Source of the DNA: Macrostomum hystrix
Taxonomy: Eukaryota > Animalia > Platyhelminthes
NCBI GenBank assembly: GCA_950097015.1
Contig: CATNEN010000025.1
Coordinates: forward strand, 372,001-436,000
Length of the DNA stretch: 64,000 nucleotides
Direction of reading: 5' to 3'
Under the pieces are notes generated by a model, which had not been told where the DNA came from, ran no database searches, and saw only the letters and a list, made by a program, of their open reading frames with translations. Positions 13,201 through 23,900 of this stretch are shown here, one piece after another. The number at the start of each line of letters is the position of its first letter. The first letter of the stretch is position 1. A program made the position numbers and the translations under genes.

Positions 13201-14789
13201 TCTGAGATTCTGGTCTCTAATCTGAGATTCTGGTCTCTAATCTGAGATTCTGGTCTCTAATCTGAGATTCTGGTCTCTAATCTGAGATTCTGGTCTCTAA
13301 TTTGAGATTCTGGTCTCTAATTTGAGATTCTGGTCTCTAATTTGAGATTCTGGTCTCTGATATGAGATTCTGGCCTCTCAGATTTTAAGAAATAACACCT
13401 GAGATGAAGAGTAAATCAGAGCTACACTGACCTGGTCTCCGCGGCCGCACTCCCTGCAGAGCAGATTGTCCAGCCATTTCGGGGCACCGCCGCTGTTGCT
13501 TCGCTTAGTGGCCTTGGTTGTCTGCACAGAAACGTCAGCCGGGCGCTTGGTCGGGCTTGACCACAGCTGCAGCCGCCTGGCGTCGTCCGCGGCCGCGGCA
13601 GCCTGACGCAGGACTCGACCGCTGCCGCCGCCACCACTGCCTGCGCTGCTTCGAGAGTAACGACCAACATCGGAGCCTGTCAGAGAAGAGTTTTGTTGCT
13701 GATTGTTCTCATCAAGCATCCAGGGGTGTGTAGCGGTAAAGCAACAACGTCACCAAGCTCGAATCCGCGGCAAGGCCTCATTAATTTTAAGAGAAGGCTT
13801 GTGGGTTTTTTGTGTTGAAAATTTATACACTTTTAAAATAATACGGATTCAACAACATTTCTCTGTTTATACTGAGAATTGTCAGTTTTCCTTGTCCCTC
13901 GGGTCTTCGACAAGAATCGCTGAATATTTTGACGATGCTGACGTCGGACGTGATTTTTTATCCGCATGGTGGACTTTTACGAAAATCGACCATTCGGTTT
14001 GGGAGCTATCGTGAAGTAGGCATTGGGTATTCGAAATACCCACGTAGTCTTTCTAGTGTTAAGCACTGCCCATTGCTAATATAAATACAATAATTCATTT
14101 AGGCCTTTAGTACCTTTAGTATCAGAAACAGGAGCGGAGACTTGACGCTCGATGGTTTTGCTGGCCTGAACAGTCTTAGCCGGATTGCCAGATTTGATCA
14201 GATCAAAAGGCAGCAGAATCTTTTGATAATGATGCTTAAGGTGGCTGGACAATGATTTGCCAGCCTGCCTGTAGCCTAGGACTGAGGCTACCTGGGGCCA
14301 TTGCTTCGAATTCGTCACCTCGTGATAGCCACCAAGCTGCTTCACAGTGGTGTAGAGCCGGTGCAAATCCAGCTGGCGCCTGTCCACATTGGGCACCCGC
14401 AGGCGGACGCCCTGCAGATCCCAGAACTTGGCCAGCTGGTCTAGAAAGTTCAGCTTGACACGGGACACGGCCTCCAGCTCGTTCAGTCGTTGTACTCGCG
14501 GTCGGAAGCGAAACGCGGCCACATCGATGGCGAATGGCGGGTTCCAATCTTTTGGGGGACGAATTTTGCAGATTCCGGTCCGGCTGACAATCGGAGCGAT
14601 GGCCTCCAGGTAGCCATAGAAATCCTCGAATTCTTCCAGCGTCGGCTCGAATATTGGAGCCAGCGGCGGTGGCTTGAACTCGGCCGCGGCGGCCGTGGTC
14701 AACTCAGAAGAGCACGAAGATGCCGGACATCCAACAGCGGCGGTGTCTGTCCCGCCAGTGACAGGCATGACCTCCGTGGCTGAGCTCAT
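7298..14789 (-). CDS. KDM5: KDM5/JARID1/Lid H3K4 demethylase, 1646 aa; exons complement(14114..14789, 13432..13676, 11533..12573, 9672..11057, 8969..9591, 7298..8267)
   Basis: JmjN (APIFEPTLEEF), ARID, PHD1, JmjC with intact WHIEDH and FPRAYHAGF metal ligands, C5HC2 zinc finger, PLU-1 region, PHD2, RKSPLFPR/MLEGDLLEV segment and PHD3. All five introns are GT-AG and phase-compatible; total 4941 nt. Confidence 0.97.
8319..8430 (+). mobile_element. SINE family A, 5' head fragment
   Basis: GTAGCCTAGTAG...GGTTCGATTCCCGAC...CTGGAACAATT matches the family A head. Confidence 0.6.
8480..8630 (+). mobile_element. Dispersed MITE-like repeat, copy 1
   Basis: About 120 nt shared with the reverse complement of 41010..41140; related fragments at ~13900..14020 (-), ~42600..42635 (+) and ~46205..46240 (+). 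Termini not resolved. Confidence 0.55.
8665..8910. repeat. 19-bp minisatellite (ATGTGATAGTGGCGCCTCT), KDM5 intron 5
   Basis: About 13 degenerate units. Confidence 0.88.
11273..11510 (+). mobile_element. tRNA-derived SINE, family A (CORE-like centre), in KDM5 intron 3
   Basis: A box TAGCCTAGCGG, B box GGTTCGATTCCC; body nearly collinear with 41668..41977. Confidence 0.8.
12647..13378. repeat. 20-bp near-perfect minisatellite (TCTGAGATTCTGGTCTCTAA), KDM5 intron 2
   Basis: About 36 units, only a C/T variant. Confidence 0.97.
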
Positions 14790-17692
14790 TTATTTTTGTT
14801 CCCAGTCTGCTTGCAGAAGAGAAGCTTAAGATTCAGATTTGTTGTTGCTTTGCTATGCAAAAAGTTGAAGATTTTCTAGGGTTGCCTGCCAGAATTTGGC
14901 TGAAATTTATTCAATTTTGAGATATAAGGAATTAGTTATGATAGATGCAAGTACTTTTTAATAATCTCTAATGGACCTAAAAAGCGAATGTGATGAAATA
15001 TATATCTGTTCTATTTGTAGACATATAACAGCACAATCAAATAAAACAAAAAAAGCAAAAAAATCATCTACAATATTGTTAAATAATGTTTAAAAGTGTT
15101 TAAAAATTATGAAAACTTTGATAATTACACAGCTGATAGGGTTTGAGTCACAGGGGCACTTGGGCACCAAAGTCCTTAAACTCAAATTAAAAGAAAGGCC
15201 AATTTTTATTTTTATTTTTATTTAAGTGTGTACTCAGGGATCAACAGAATGGGCTTGCAAAATAAACTATTGGATTGCTGAGTTAATAAACTTTGAATTC
15301 TGTATAAATAATTATTGTATGCCTATAGCCATTTGTAGATTGTTCTTAAATAATATAACGAGACAGAAATAACTGCATACAATAATATAAATAACACATT
15401 TCTGTCGTATAATTTTTGCAGCAATTGAAAATTTAGAAAACCAATACTAGACAAATAGACATATATATGCTTAAACAAAATGGTTAAACATGCTTGATTG
15501 ACTATTTAATAAAAAGTGATGTCACATTCAGAAATTTAGTTTTTTCATTAGACCAGACACAATAAATGGCTAGATATTTGTAACAAAAATAATATCCAAA
15601 ATAATATAGTAATCCTATTAAAGTAGTTTTTATTTTATGTTAATAGAAATCAGTTTAACATTTTAAAAAAATACTGATTTAGTCAAGTAAGAAGGTTGTA
15701 TAAGAATTTAAGCAAGAATAGTTCAAGGTGAATTATATATACAAGTTATAATAGAAGAATAGTGGCTTTCCCTTTGCCAAAGGGGGTCGGGTGATAGGGG
15801 TCATTACCTAGCATTAGCAAGAGAGTATATTTTTTAGGGCTGATACTACTTGTACTCTGGGTACAGGGTGTGGTATAGGCCATCATCAAGGAACCCCTCA
15901 GATGCAGATTTTGGTTAATCCACTGATCTGGCTATAGATTATTAGATAGTTATTATAGATTTGATGGGGCCTATGTGAATTTATATGTGAATTATTTCAA
16001 GAAGGCCGCCACCAGTACTTGCCTGATGCTTCAGTTTCAGAAAAACTATTTAAAAGTGAACTTTTTTGTAAAACAAAAAATTATAATTAAATTATATTTT
16101 CGCGCATGCGAGTGTACAGAAGAGTTGGTCCAACTCACAGAACAAAAACTGTTTTCAAACGATTATGCAAAAATTCATACAAACGACCTAGCTTGAACAA
16201 TATATTTATTTTATGTCCATATAGCGCAGATTATTAGCTAATTCATGGACAAAAATGTTAGTGTTCTGATCATCAGTATTTTTCTGTACCACATTGAGTT
16301 GGCAAAAAATCAGTAGACAGAATTTTCACACTACGATTGTAACCTTCGTATTAATTGCGATATAGTGATGACGATCTCTTGACTGTGTAAATAAATTACA
16401 TTTTAGTGAAAATAGTCTTAATCTTTAGGTCTTTATTAGCCGTTATCTAAAAGCTTAATTAAAAATTGAAAAACATTACTTATGTCATGAGACTACTAAA
16501 CTGCATTCAAAAATCTGAATAATATTCTTGATATAATTTTTTCTTTTGCTGAGCTTAAAGAACTCCTTCTTAGCATGTTGAATCTGTGCAGTGTTTCGTA
16601 GAAGCTTAAGTTTAAATTTTATAACAAATACTTAAAAAATAAGCATGAATTATAAACCCTAACATAATTCGTTCGTGTTATCACAAAAATATATTCATTT
16701 TACCTTTTTAACTGTCATATTACGTCTCAGTACGAATATAGTAGTTAGCCCACTCGTGTTGAAACGAGGTTAAAACTAACGACAGCCCGCCCTCTGCTGT
16801 TGTCTATGGTCGAATTCCATAGATATGTACAGCGGGCGGGCCGTGAACGCGTTTCACGCCCGCTAACTAATTTAATTAATTTAATTAATAATTATTAATA
16901 ATGTACATGTAGTTACATAACCCGCAATTTATTATATTAAAAAGTATACGTATGAAGCATTTGTATTTTGTACTTTGTACATGTAGTTGTAGGTTTGTAT
17001 AAAATTAGAGATGATTGCTTTTAGCAAAATGGACAGAAGTGGTTATTTTTACGGCCACTCGTTTTGTTATGCTTTGTTAGTTCCAAATAATTACTGCTTA
17101 GCTTGCTTATGACGTGATCTCTTTATACCAGATGCAGCGTCAGACTGAGAATCTTGTCAATGGCTATAAATTGAGGAAAAGTCTCAAATTAAATGAGAGT
17201 GCAAAAACTATGTAAATGTGCACGATGTGCAGGTAATTGTTGATTTGCAAAGAATGCATAAATTAAAACTTCCTTGCCGCAAAGCGAATAAATATTTGAG
17301 AATGGATAATACAAGCGTAAACATGGCCATTGTATTACAGTGCTGTACAGAGCTGGGACCTATCCAAAAGTAGCACAAATGTCATTAAAATGCGTTTCTT
17401 TCTTAAGGCAGACAGGAAAATGAGCGCATACAGCAGAGGTATAGCAAATCTCTTGCTTCGAAAAAACCAAACTACTGCTAGAATACTCGTAGGTATGAGA
17501 AACTTGTTAGCAGCGGCAATTAAACTTACTTTGAATGCAGTACTTTAAACGCGTAGAATACATCAAGGACACGTAACTAATTATTATTAGTTAGCCGAAT
17601 TATTATTAGTTAGTTGTCAGCCGAAATATAGATTTATCAGTTTGAAAAAAAATGTTTTACTAGAAAGCGTAAGAATTTCTCAACATTGTTAC

Positions 17693-17915
17693 TTGAGGGC
17701 CAACCTCCAAGGCACAGCTAGTGAAAGTGTACACTGCCTGACAATGAGAAAGTCAGGGCAGATGTAGCGTGAGCGTGTGCCTGCGTATGGTATCAGTGCA
17801 GTGCGTGTGTGCTCAGGAGTCGGCAGAACGGGCAGAATTGCCTCCTCACTGGCGGCAGGTCTAGTGTCACCAAATGATGTGCCGTTGCCTGCAGCCCTCC
17901 TGCAATTACTCGTAT
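17693..17915 (+). mobile_element. SINE family B, 5'-truncated copy
   Basis: GAGGGCCAACCTCCAAGGCACAG...GCAGCCCTCCTGCAATTA matches the family B 3' body. Confidence 0.75.
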
Positions 17916-18080
17916 TATTATTCATATTCTTATAAGTGCATCAGATTGTTCTATCTGCTCAGTGTAAATGTGGGACAGCCTGTCATCTTAATATCGGTCC
18001 AGATTGGGGATTTGGCGGGGAATCGGCTCTCGATGGTTCTTACTTTCAGAGCGCCTAGGTTAAGCCTAATCAAAAAAACC

Positions 18081-19325
18081 CTATTTGAGTGCCATCTGCT
18101 TGGCCGGTTCGTAGACAATGAAGAAAAGGAAGGTGACGAGTGCCTGCTGGGTCATCCGGGCAGTGACACCCTTGATCAGCCAAGCTGAACCTTCTTCTGC
18201 CCAGAGACGGTGCAGGGCGGCTCGGACGCCGGAGCGTCGATCGTTCTGCAGCACGACGCGCGTGCGCAGCACATCGATTGGATTGACCAGCAAGCCGGCT
18301 GTGGCGCCAGCCAGCGGCGCAGCAGTCAGCTGGACGGCCAGACGATACGGAGAATCGAGCCAAATATTGATATAGTCGCAGTAGAGATTGTAGGCTGAGA
18401 ACATTACGGCTGAGTTAGTCGGGAAGAGGACAAAGGACAAAAGGCTGCCCTGAGAAGCAAAGAGATGCGAATTGACACATAGTTGGTGCGACACGCGTGC
18501 ACAAAAGTGTACGTTTGAAATCAAGGATTGTCTATTAACAGCATCCACAGTAGTTTACCATGGTAGTTGATTAATAAACACCATAAAAAAGTCACTCTAC
18601 GCTCTTATCTATTGTGTGCAGCTCAACTCCATTCTAATGTCCACGTTCTGTATACAAATAGAAATATGGATTGATTGTGAGACGCTGTAGTGAGGATTAA
18701 AACAGGTTTTTAGCATCCCGATTCACAATCATAAAATTGAACTTAAACTTGAGTTGAAACGACAACTTTCTAACAACAGTTAAAAAAATTATAGCTGCTC
18801 GATCCTCACTTTGTAGAATCCGGCCATTCCGTGTTGCTGCCAGACCCAGCGAATTACTGTTCGGGCTTCACTTGTCCAGCCGGCTTTGGGGCCGGGCTCA
18901 TCTTTTGATCGAACCATGACGTGCTGTGTCACAACATCAACTGGCACTAAAATAGCTTGGGAGGTTATCGCGGCGCTCGCACCGGCGACTGCGCCACGAG
19001 CCGGTTTTGTTAATGACTTCGTCCACTCGCGCACTGTCTCGTAGGTGAATCCGTAGATAGGCGCGTTCAGCACGAAAACAGCGCGCGTCCATGCGCCTCT
19101 GTAGAGGCCGCGAGGGCCTTCTTTGGCTAGTACTGTACTCAGGCAATGAATGAGACTGCGATACTGCGAGCTCTTTGGTTGCGCCACAATGAGAGTGCGC
19201 GCCAGCATCAGCGGATAGGTGGTGGCTTGCATGGCAGCGTTACCCAGGCAATGGAAAGTCAGGAATCGACTCGCGTTTATGTCATGCAGTTCAATAAATT
19301 CGAACTCTTTCGTGCTCTGTGACAT
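18081..19325 (-). CDS. SLC25A44: Mitochondrial carrier, SLC25A44-like, about 294 aa; exons complement(18810..19325, 18081..18449)
   Basis: Three carrier repeats (YPLMLART, VPVDVVTQH, NPIDVLRTR) with GLYRG / GFYK|G / LIKG motifs. N-terminal FIELHDIN parallels IIEWEHLD of SLC25A44. Phase-0 GT-AG intron. TATGTCACAG at the ATG could instead be a splice acceptor. Confidence 0.9.
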
Positions 19326-21239
19326 AGAGAAATGACAATTATACGTTCGATTTTGCTATTGACACTCGACTTAAACGTCTTATATTACGAGCTCGTAAAA
19401 TATATTGTTTGTTCCCTAATAATAAGACAATCCACTTCGATCTTCCTGTCGTTCTGGAACACAAAATATAAAAGTAAAAAAAACACTTTAAAAAATGAAG
19501 TAAACTGAAATAAAACGTTACAGAACAAAAAGTTCAGAGAAAAGTATAAAACAGGCAAGCAAATAGTTATTTAGTATAAACCAAACGATTCTCAAAGTTT
19601 CATAAATCAACCTGAAATTTATATATTATCGAGTCGGGTTTTGAAAAGCTTTAAACGTTGTGAAAGTAAAAATATAATAATGCATCTAGCAAATGTGTTG
19701 ACTTGCATAAATGTTTTTGCTCCAAACTAAAAACTAATAAATAAATAAATTTATAAATTTATAAATTTAGCAGAAATCAAAAGCGTATATCAATAAAAAT
19801 AAATATAGAACTCTTTTAACACACAAAGCGGTAATACACACGCTCATATGTATTTTAAGCTGCGCGATCCTTGTTATTGTTGTTTCTCAAAATGTGTATT
19901 CGAAGCATTAAAGGATTGTAAAAAATATTTACAACGTTTTAATGTTAAATTTTAGTTCTACATCTTTATTTTCTACTTTTCGTTAGAAGAAAAAGTAAAT
20001 GAAGCAAAAGTTTGTTATAAATCCTAATTCTAATTTGCTCTGATTCCGCTACAACATCTAGCAGTTAAATATGTATACATTTAACTTGCCCTCTTGCTGA
20101 CTAATGCCATTTATGCTTTAAAGTTTTACACTTTTACTTCTAATTTTTCCCATGTAACAACGTTCTTATACGACATAGTTGAGCAGCTGGTGCAATTTGC
20201 GCTGGAATTGTGGCAGAAAACTCGCATCGCATCGCATCGCATCTTAAGCCCTTTAATTGACCAGCCTATGTGCAAGATGCCAGTTTTTAACAAGGATTAC
20301 TGGATTAGATGAAAACGGTTATAAAAAGTATTCATAGTTGTCACTATTTTCAAGTACACTTAAAATACGGCTTTTCGTAGCTCGTATAACAGACGAAAAA
20401 CTGGTTTGACCCGCTGGGCTTATTAAATTTCAGTTTTTTCGGGGTGTCACGGAAGCAAGGTACAACATTTTTGAAGCGTTTGACGCAGCGCCTAAATGCA
20501 CTTTCTAACACTGTTGCTTGTCTTGTCTAGGCGATCCGTATAAGATGCGTCAAAGTCTATGCTTGATTTTTGTGATGACACTGCAGAGTTAGCTGTCTGC
20601 ATGCATTTGACACCTCAATTAGAATTATTAAGTTTCGGGTTACTCCTTTTAAGCGCAAAATTAAGATATTTCTTAAAGTTTCTATACAGTGAAAATAATT
20701 GCTGCGTATTAATTAATGACTTCTTATAATATGGGTACGCTAAAGTCGACATCGAATGTTGAGGCGGCTCAGTTCCCTCAAATTTCCATCTTGCCCGTCT
20801 GTCTTTATCTCCGATTGGTGCCAAAAGTAGATTTACAACCAAAACCTAAGATTCTTCACAATTAATTAAGGAATTTTTAAGTAAAGAGTTCCGAACAAGA
20901 AATCACGCGTGACGTCAATATGAACCCAAATATGTTCATAGCTGCTTTTTTAGCAAAAAGTTTTTCAGAACAGCAAACTGCATGCGTAACACTTGTGTGC
21001 AAAATATTTTAAATGTAAATAATGCTATAAACTTAATACAAGCGTAGTAACATGCACTTCTAGAAAAAAAGGGACAATCAGTTGCAAAGTCAATGGACAA
21101 AAACTTCGTTATACTCGTAGGCTCATAGTATCATCAGGCACTGGAAAAAGTAACATATACGCTTATAACAGCAGCTCCTGACGTATTTCAGTGAAAAAAT
21201 GAACAATTTGTCACTTAATTGAACAAATAATTTGTCACT

Positions 21240-22670
21240 TCAGAGCTCAGCTCTCTCTTTATTGACAGGCGCAGAGTGGAAGGCCTCAGCCTGGCGCACA
21301 AACTCTCTGACATCGTCCGCCAAGATGCTTGACAGTTCGAGAGCGGCGAAATGACCACCGCGGTCGTCGAAGTCGGAGTAGCGTAGCAGATTCGGGTGGG
21401 TGGGACGGAGGAACTGCTCTGGGACCCGGATGAGCTCATGGGCGAAGGACGCGACCCCGTAAGGCACACTAGACGGGATGGATGGATAAGCACTCGAAGA
21501 ATCTCCGTCGCCGCTTAAATCCTCTTTGTAAAGTCGCATTGACGAAGTAATCGAGCCAGTCGTCCAGTAGATCATCACGTTCGTCAGCAGCTCGTCCATC
21601 GTGAAAGCCGCCTTCGGACCAATCAGGTTGCCATCTGGAGAGAATCGGTTCTTCGGATCAGTCCAAACACTGAACTTCTCTAGGATATAGGCGGCGAGGC
21701 CCACTGGCGAGTCGGAAAGAGCGTGGCCCACGGAGTCCGGACGAGTGGCCTGGAGATGAAAATAACCTGACTCTCTGATCATGTCACCCAGCTTTCCGAA
21801 GAACGGGTAGATCTTGTCGCAGTCTCGCTTGTCGAACAGAACTCCAGCTGGAAGGAACGAGCCCAAGATAGTCTGCAACATCAATGACGGGTGACGATAT
21901 GACTGCATCGGCATGCTTGTGTGAAAGCCCAACAGCTGGTCCTGGAATTCGACGGCCATCACGTGACCGATGATGCTGCCCCAATCGACACCGTAGAGAT
22001 AGTACTTGGTGAAGCCGAGTCTGCTCATCAGCTTGTTCATCACTCGAGAAGCCGCTACCGGGTCGAATCCGCGCTTCTTCGGAGCCTCGGACCACGCGAA
22101 GCCGGGCAGAGATGCGGCTACCACCTCGAAGGCGAGACCGTCAGCGTCGGGAGTCGTGAGCAGAGGCAGCATCTTGTGGAACTCGATCACCGAGCCCGGC
22201 CAGCCGTGAAGAAGCAGTAGCGGCACCTGCTTCTTTGCGTTTTTCGGCTTCAAGTGCATGAAGTGCACTCGCAGGCCCTCAATTCGGGTGTAGTAGTTCT
22301 GGAAGCTGTTGATCTTCTTCTCCCACTGGCGCCAGTCATACTTTTCCAGCCAGTAGGCGACCACCTGCTTCATAAAGTGGCCATTGAAGCCGTACTCAAA
22401 TGCCGCGTCTTCAAGCGGCTCCACCCATTTGAAAGCGCGCAGGCGGGACTTCAAGTCGTTGAGCACTGCGTCGCTCACCTCTATTTTTGCTTCTTCCACC
22501 GCTTCATCATCGCTTCTCATGTCCTCGCTGCTGCCCCAGTTGACGGTTGCCGGAAGGTCGGGCTTTGGCGGCACCGCCAGCTGATCCAGGACTCCCAGTC
22601 CGGCCAGAACTAACAGGACTAGCAGGAGCGCGGCTCCGAGGCAGAAAGCTTTTCGCAACAGACACCACAT
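21240..22670 (-). CDS. EPHX1: Microsomal epoxide hydrolase (EPHX1/JHEH family), copy a, intronless, 476 aa
   Basis: N-terminal membrane anchor, EHN domain (LKSRL...FEYGFN), HGWPGS, nucleophile elbow YGVDWG, ESGYFHLQATRPD, RLYKE, FAHE and GGHFAALE. Start placed at MWCLLRK. Confidence 0.95.
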   Translation of the reverse strand: MWCLLRKAFCLGAALLLVLLVLAGLGVLDQLAVPPKPDLPATVNWGSSEDMRSDDEAVEEAKIEVSDAVLNDLKSRLRAFKWVEPLEDAAFEYGFNGHFMKQVVAYWLEKYDWRQWEKKINSFQNYYTRIEGLRVHFMHLKPKNAKKQVPLLLLHGWPGSVIEFHKMLPLLTTPDADGLAFEVVAASLPGFAWSEAPKKRGFDPVAASRVMNKLMSRLGFTKYYLYGVDWGSIIGHVMAVEFQDQLLGFHTSMPMQSYRHPSLMLQTILGSFLPAGVLFDKRDCDKIYPFFGKLGDMIRESGYFHLQATRPDSVGHALSDSPVGLAAYILEKFSVWTDPKNRFSPDGNLIGPKAAFTMDELLTNVMIYWTTGSITSSMRLYKEDLSGDGDSSSAYPSIPSSVPYGVASFAHELIRVPEQFLRPTHPNLLRYSDFDDRGGHFAALELSSILADDVREFVRQAEAFHSAPVNKERAEL

Positions 22671-23900
22671 TGCCGAATGCAAGGAAGGACTAGCAGTTAA
22701 ATGTTTTTAATGACGTGAGTTTACCAGAGCTTTTTAGTAAATTTAGTGGAAAAGTTCTGAGCTTTTGGCCTGTAAGCGACAGCCCTTGATAAACCTGCTT
22801 TGTTCCCGTCAACAACCTCAAGTCGTTTTGATTCTAGAACCCTTTCCAAACGAAAATGTATAGTGACAGTGGGGTAAGAAAAGCACCGCAATGTACGTGC
22901 GTACTGCTAGCGCACTTCGTAACTTCATTCAATGCCATTCAGCCACCTCATATTTGTACGCTTGCCATTTAGCTAAACGTTCCAGACTTTAAATACGCCC
23001 TCTAATCCAACGCTTCAACTCTGCCAATGAAAATTCAAGTTAGAAACCGGAGCGCTAGCTCAACCCAAAGCCATGCATAATTTACGATGCTGCAATTTAT
23101 CATAGTCCTATATAATTATTATCGACTTTCAATTGAAATGCCGCGGCCACTTGTAAGTGCTGACAGAATTGCATAGCTCTAGCTAGCTGCGAAGCCTTTT
23201 GCAAAGGCCATACTTTTAGTCCTTCTTTGTTAGCATATTTTGTCAAAGAAGAGGTGGAAGATGCATCTTATATTTAATATGCAGAAAGCCACTGGATACC
23301 ACGTCTCAGACTTACTTGCTAACCTGACTGAAGAACAATGACGTATTTTCTAGTGGCTTAAGTGGCTTCCTAACTTAACTTAGCTCGTACGAGTATGCAT
23401 TTTTGTAATATCTGTTAGTATCTGTTGAATATTTTATGCTTATTCAGTCTAGAAAATTTTACTAACTAATAACATAGTCATTTTTTACTGTTATGAGTAT
23501 ATTCTAGCGATATTAGAAATAGCAATGTGTTACTAATGGTTATAAGCAATATAATGTGGATGCAGGACAGCAGTCTGACTATTTGGATCATATACTCGTA
23601 AAAGCAGTAGCGCAACTAATAAATCTGTAATAACAATCGTAAGTACCGAAAAAAAGAAACAGATTTGTGTATCCATGAATAATTAATCAATAAGTGGTCG
23701 TAGAACTCGCGAAACTCTAAATCGCAGGTAGATTAGGTCAGTCTAAATGCACCACCTCGAAGAAATATGGCGCAATTTACGAATAACAATCGATTAAGGT
23801 AGATATACTGAAGCAGAAAAATCTAACTTCCAAAATATCATTATAGAGGCTTTGACAATGACTTGAACTTGACTTGACCAATCTTGAATTGTAAGTTCGA

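Noticed and set aside
16742-16868. Hammerhead ribozyme interpretation of the hairpin island
   Set aside because: GAAAC is present but the CUGAUGA core is absent on both strands.
21784-22613. Conserved antisense ORFs repeated in all three epoxide hydrolase copies
   Set aside because: Shadows of GC-rich coding sequence, conserved only because the sense genes are near-identical.
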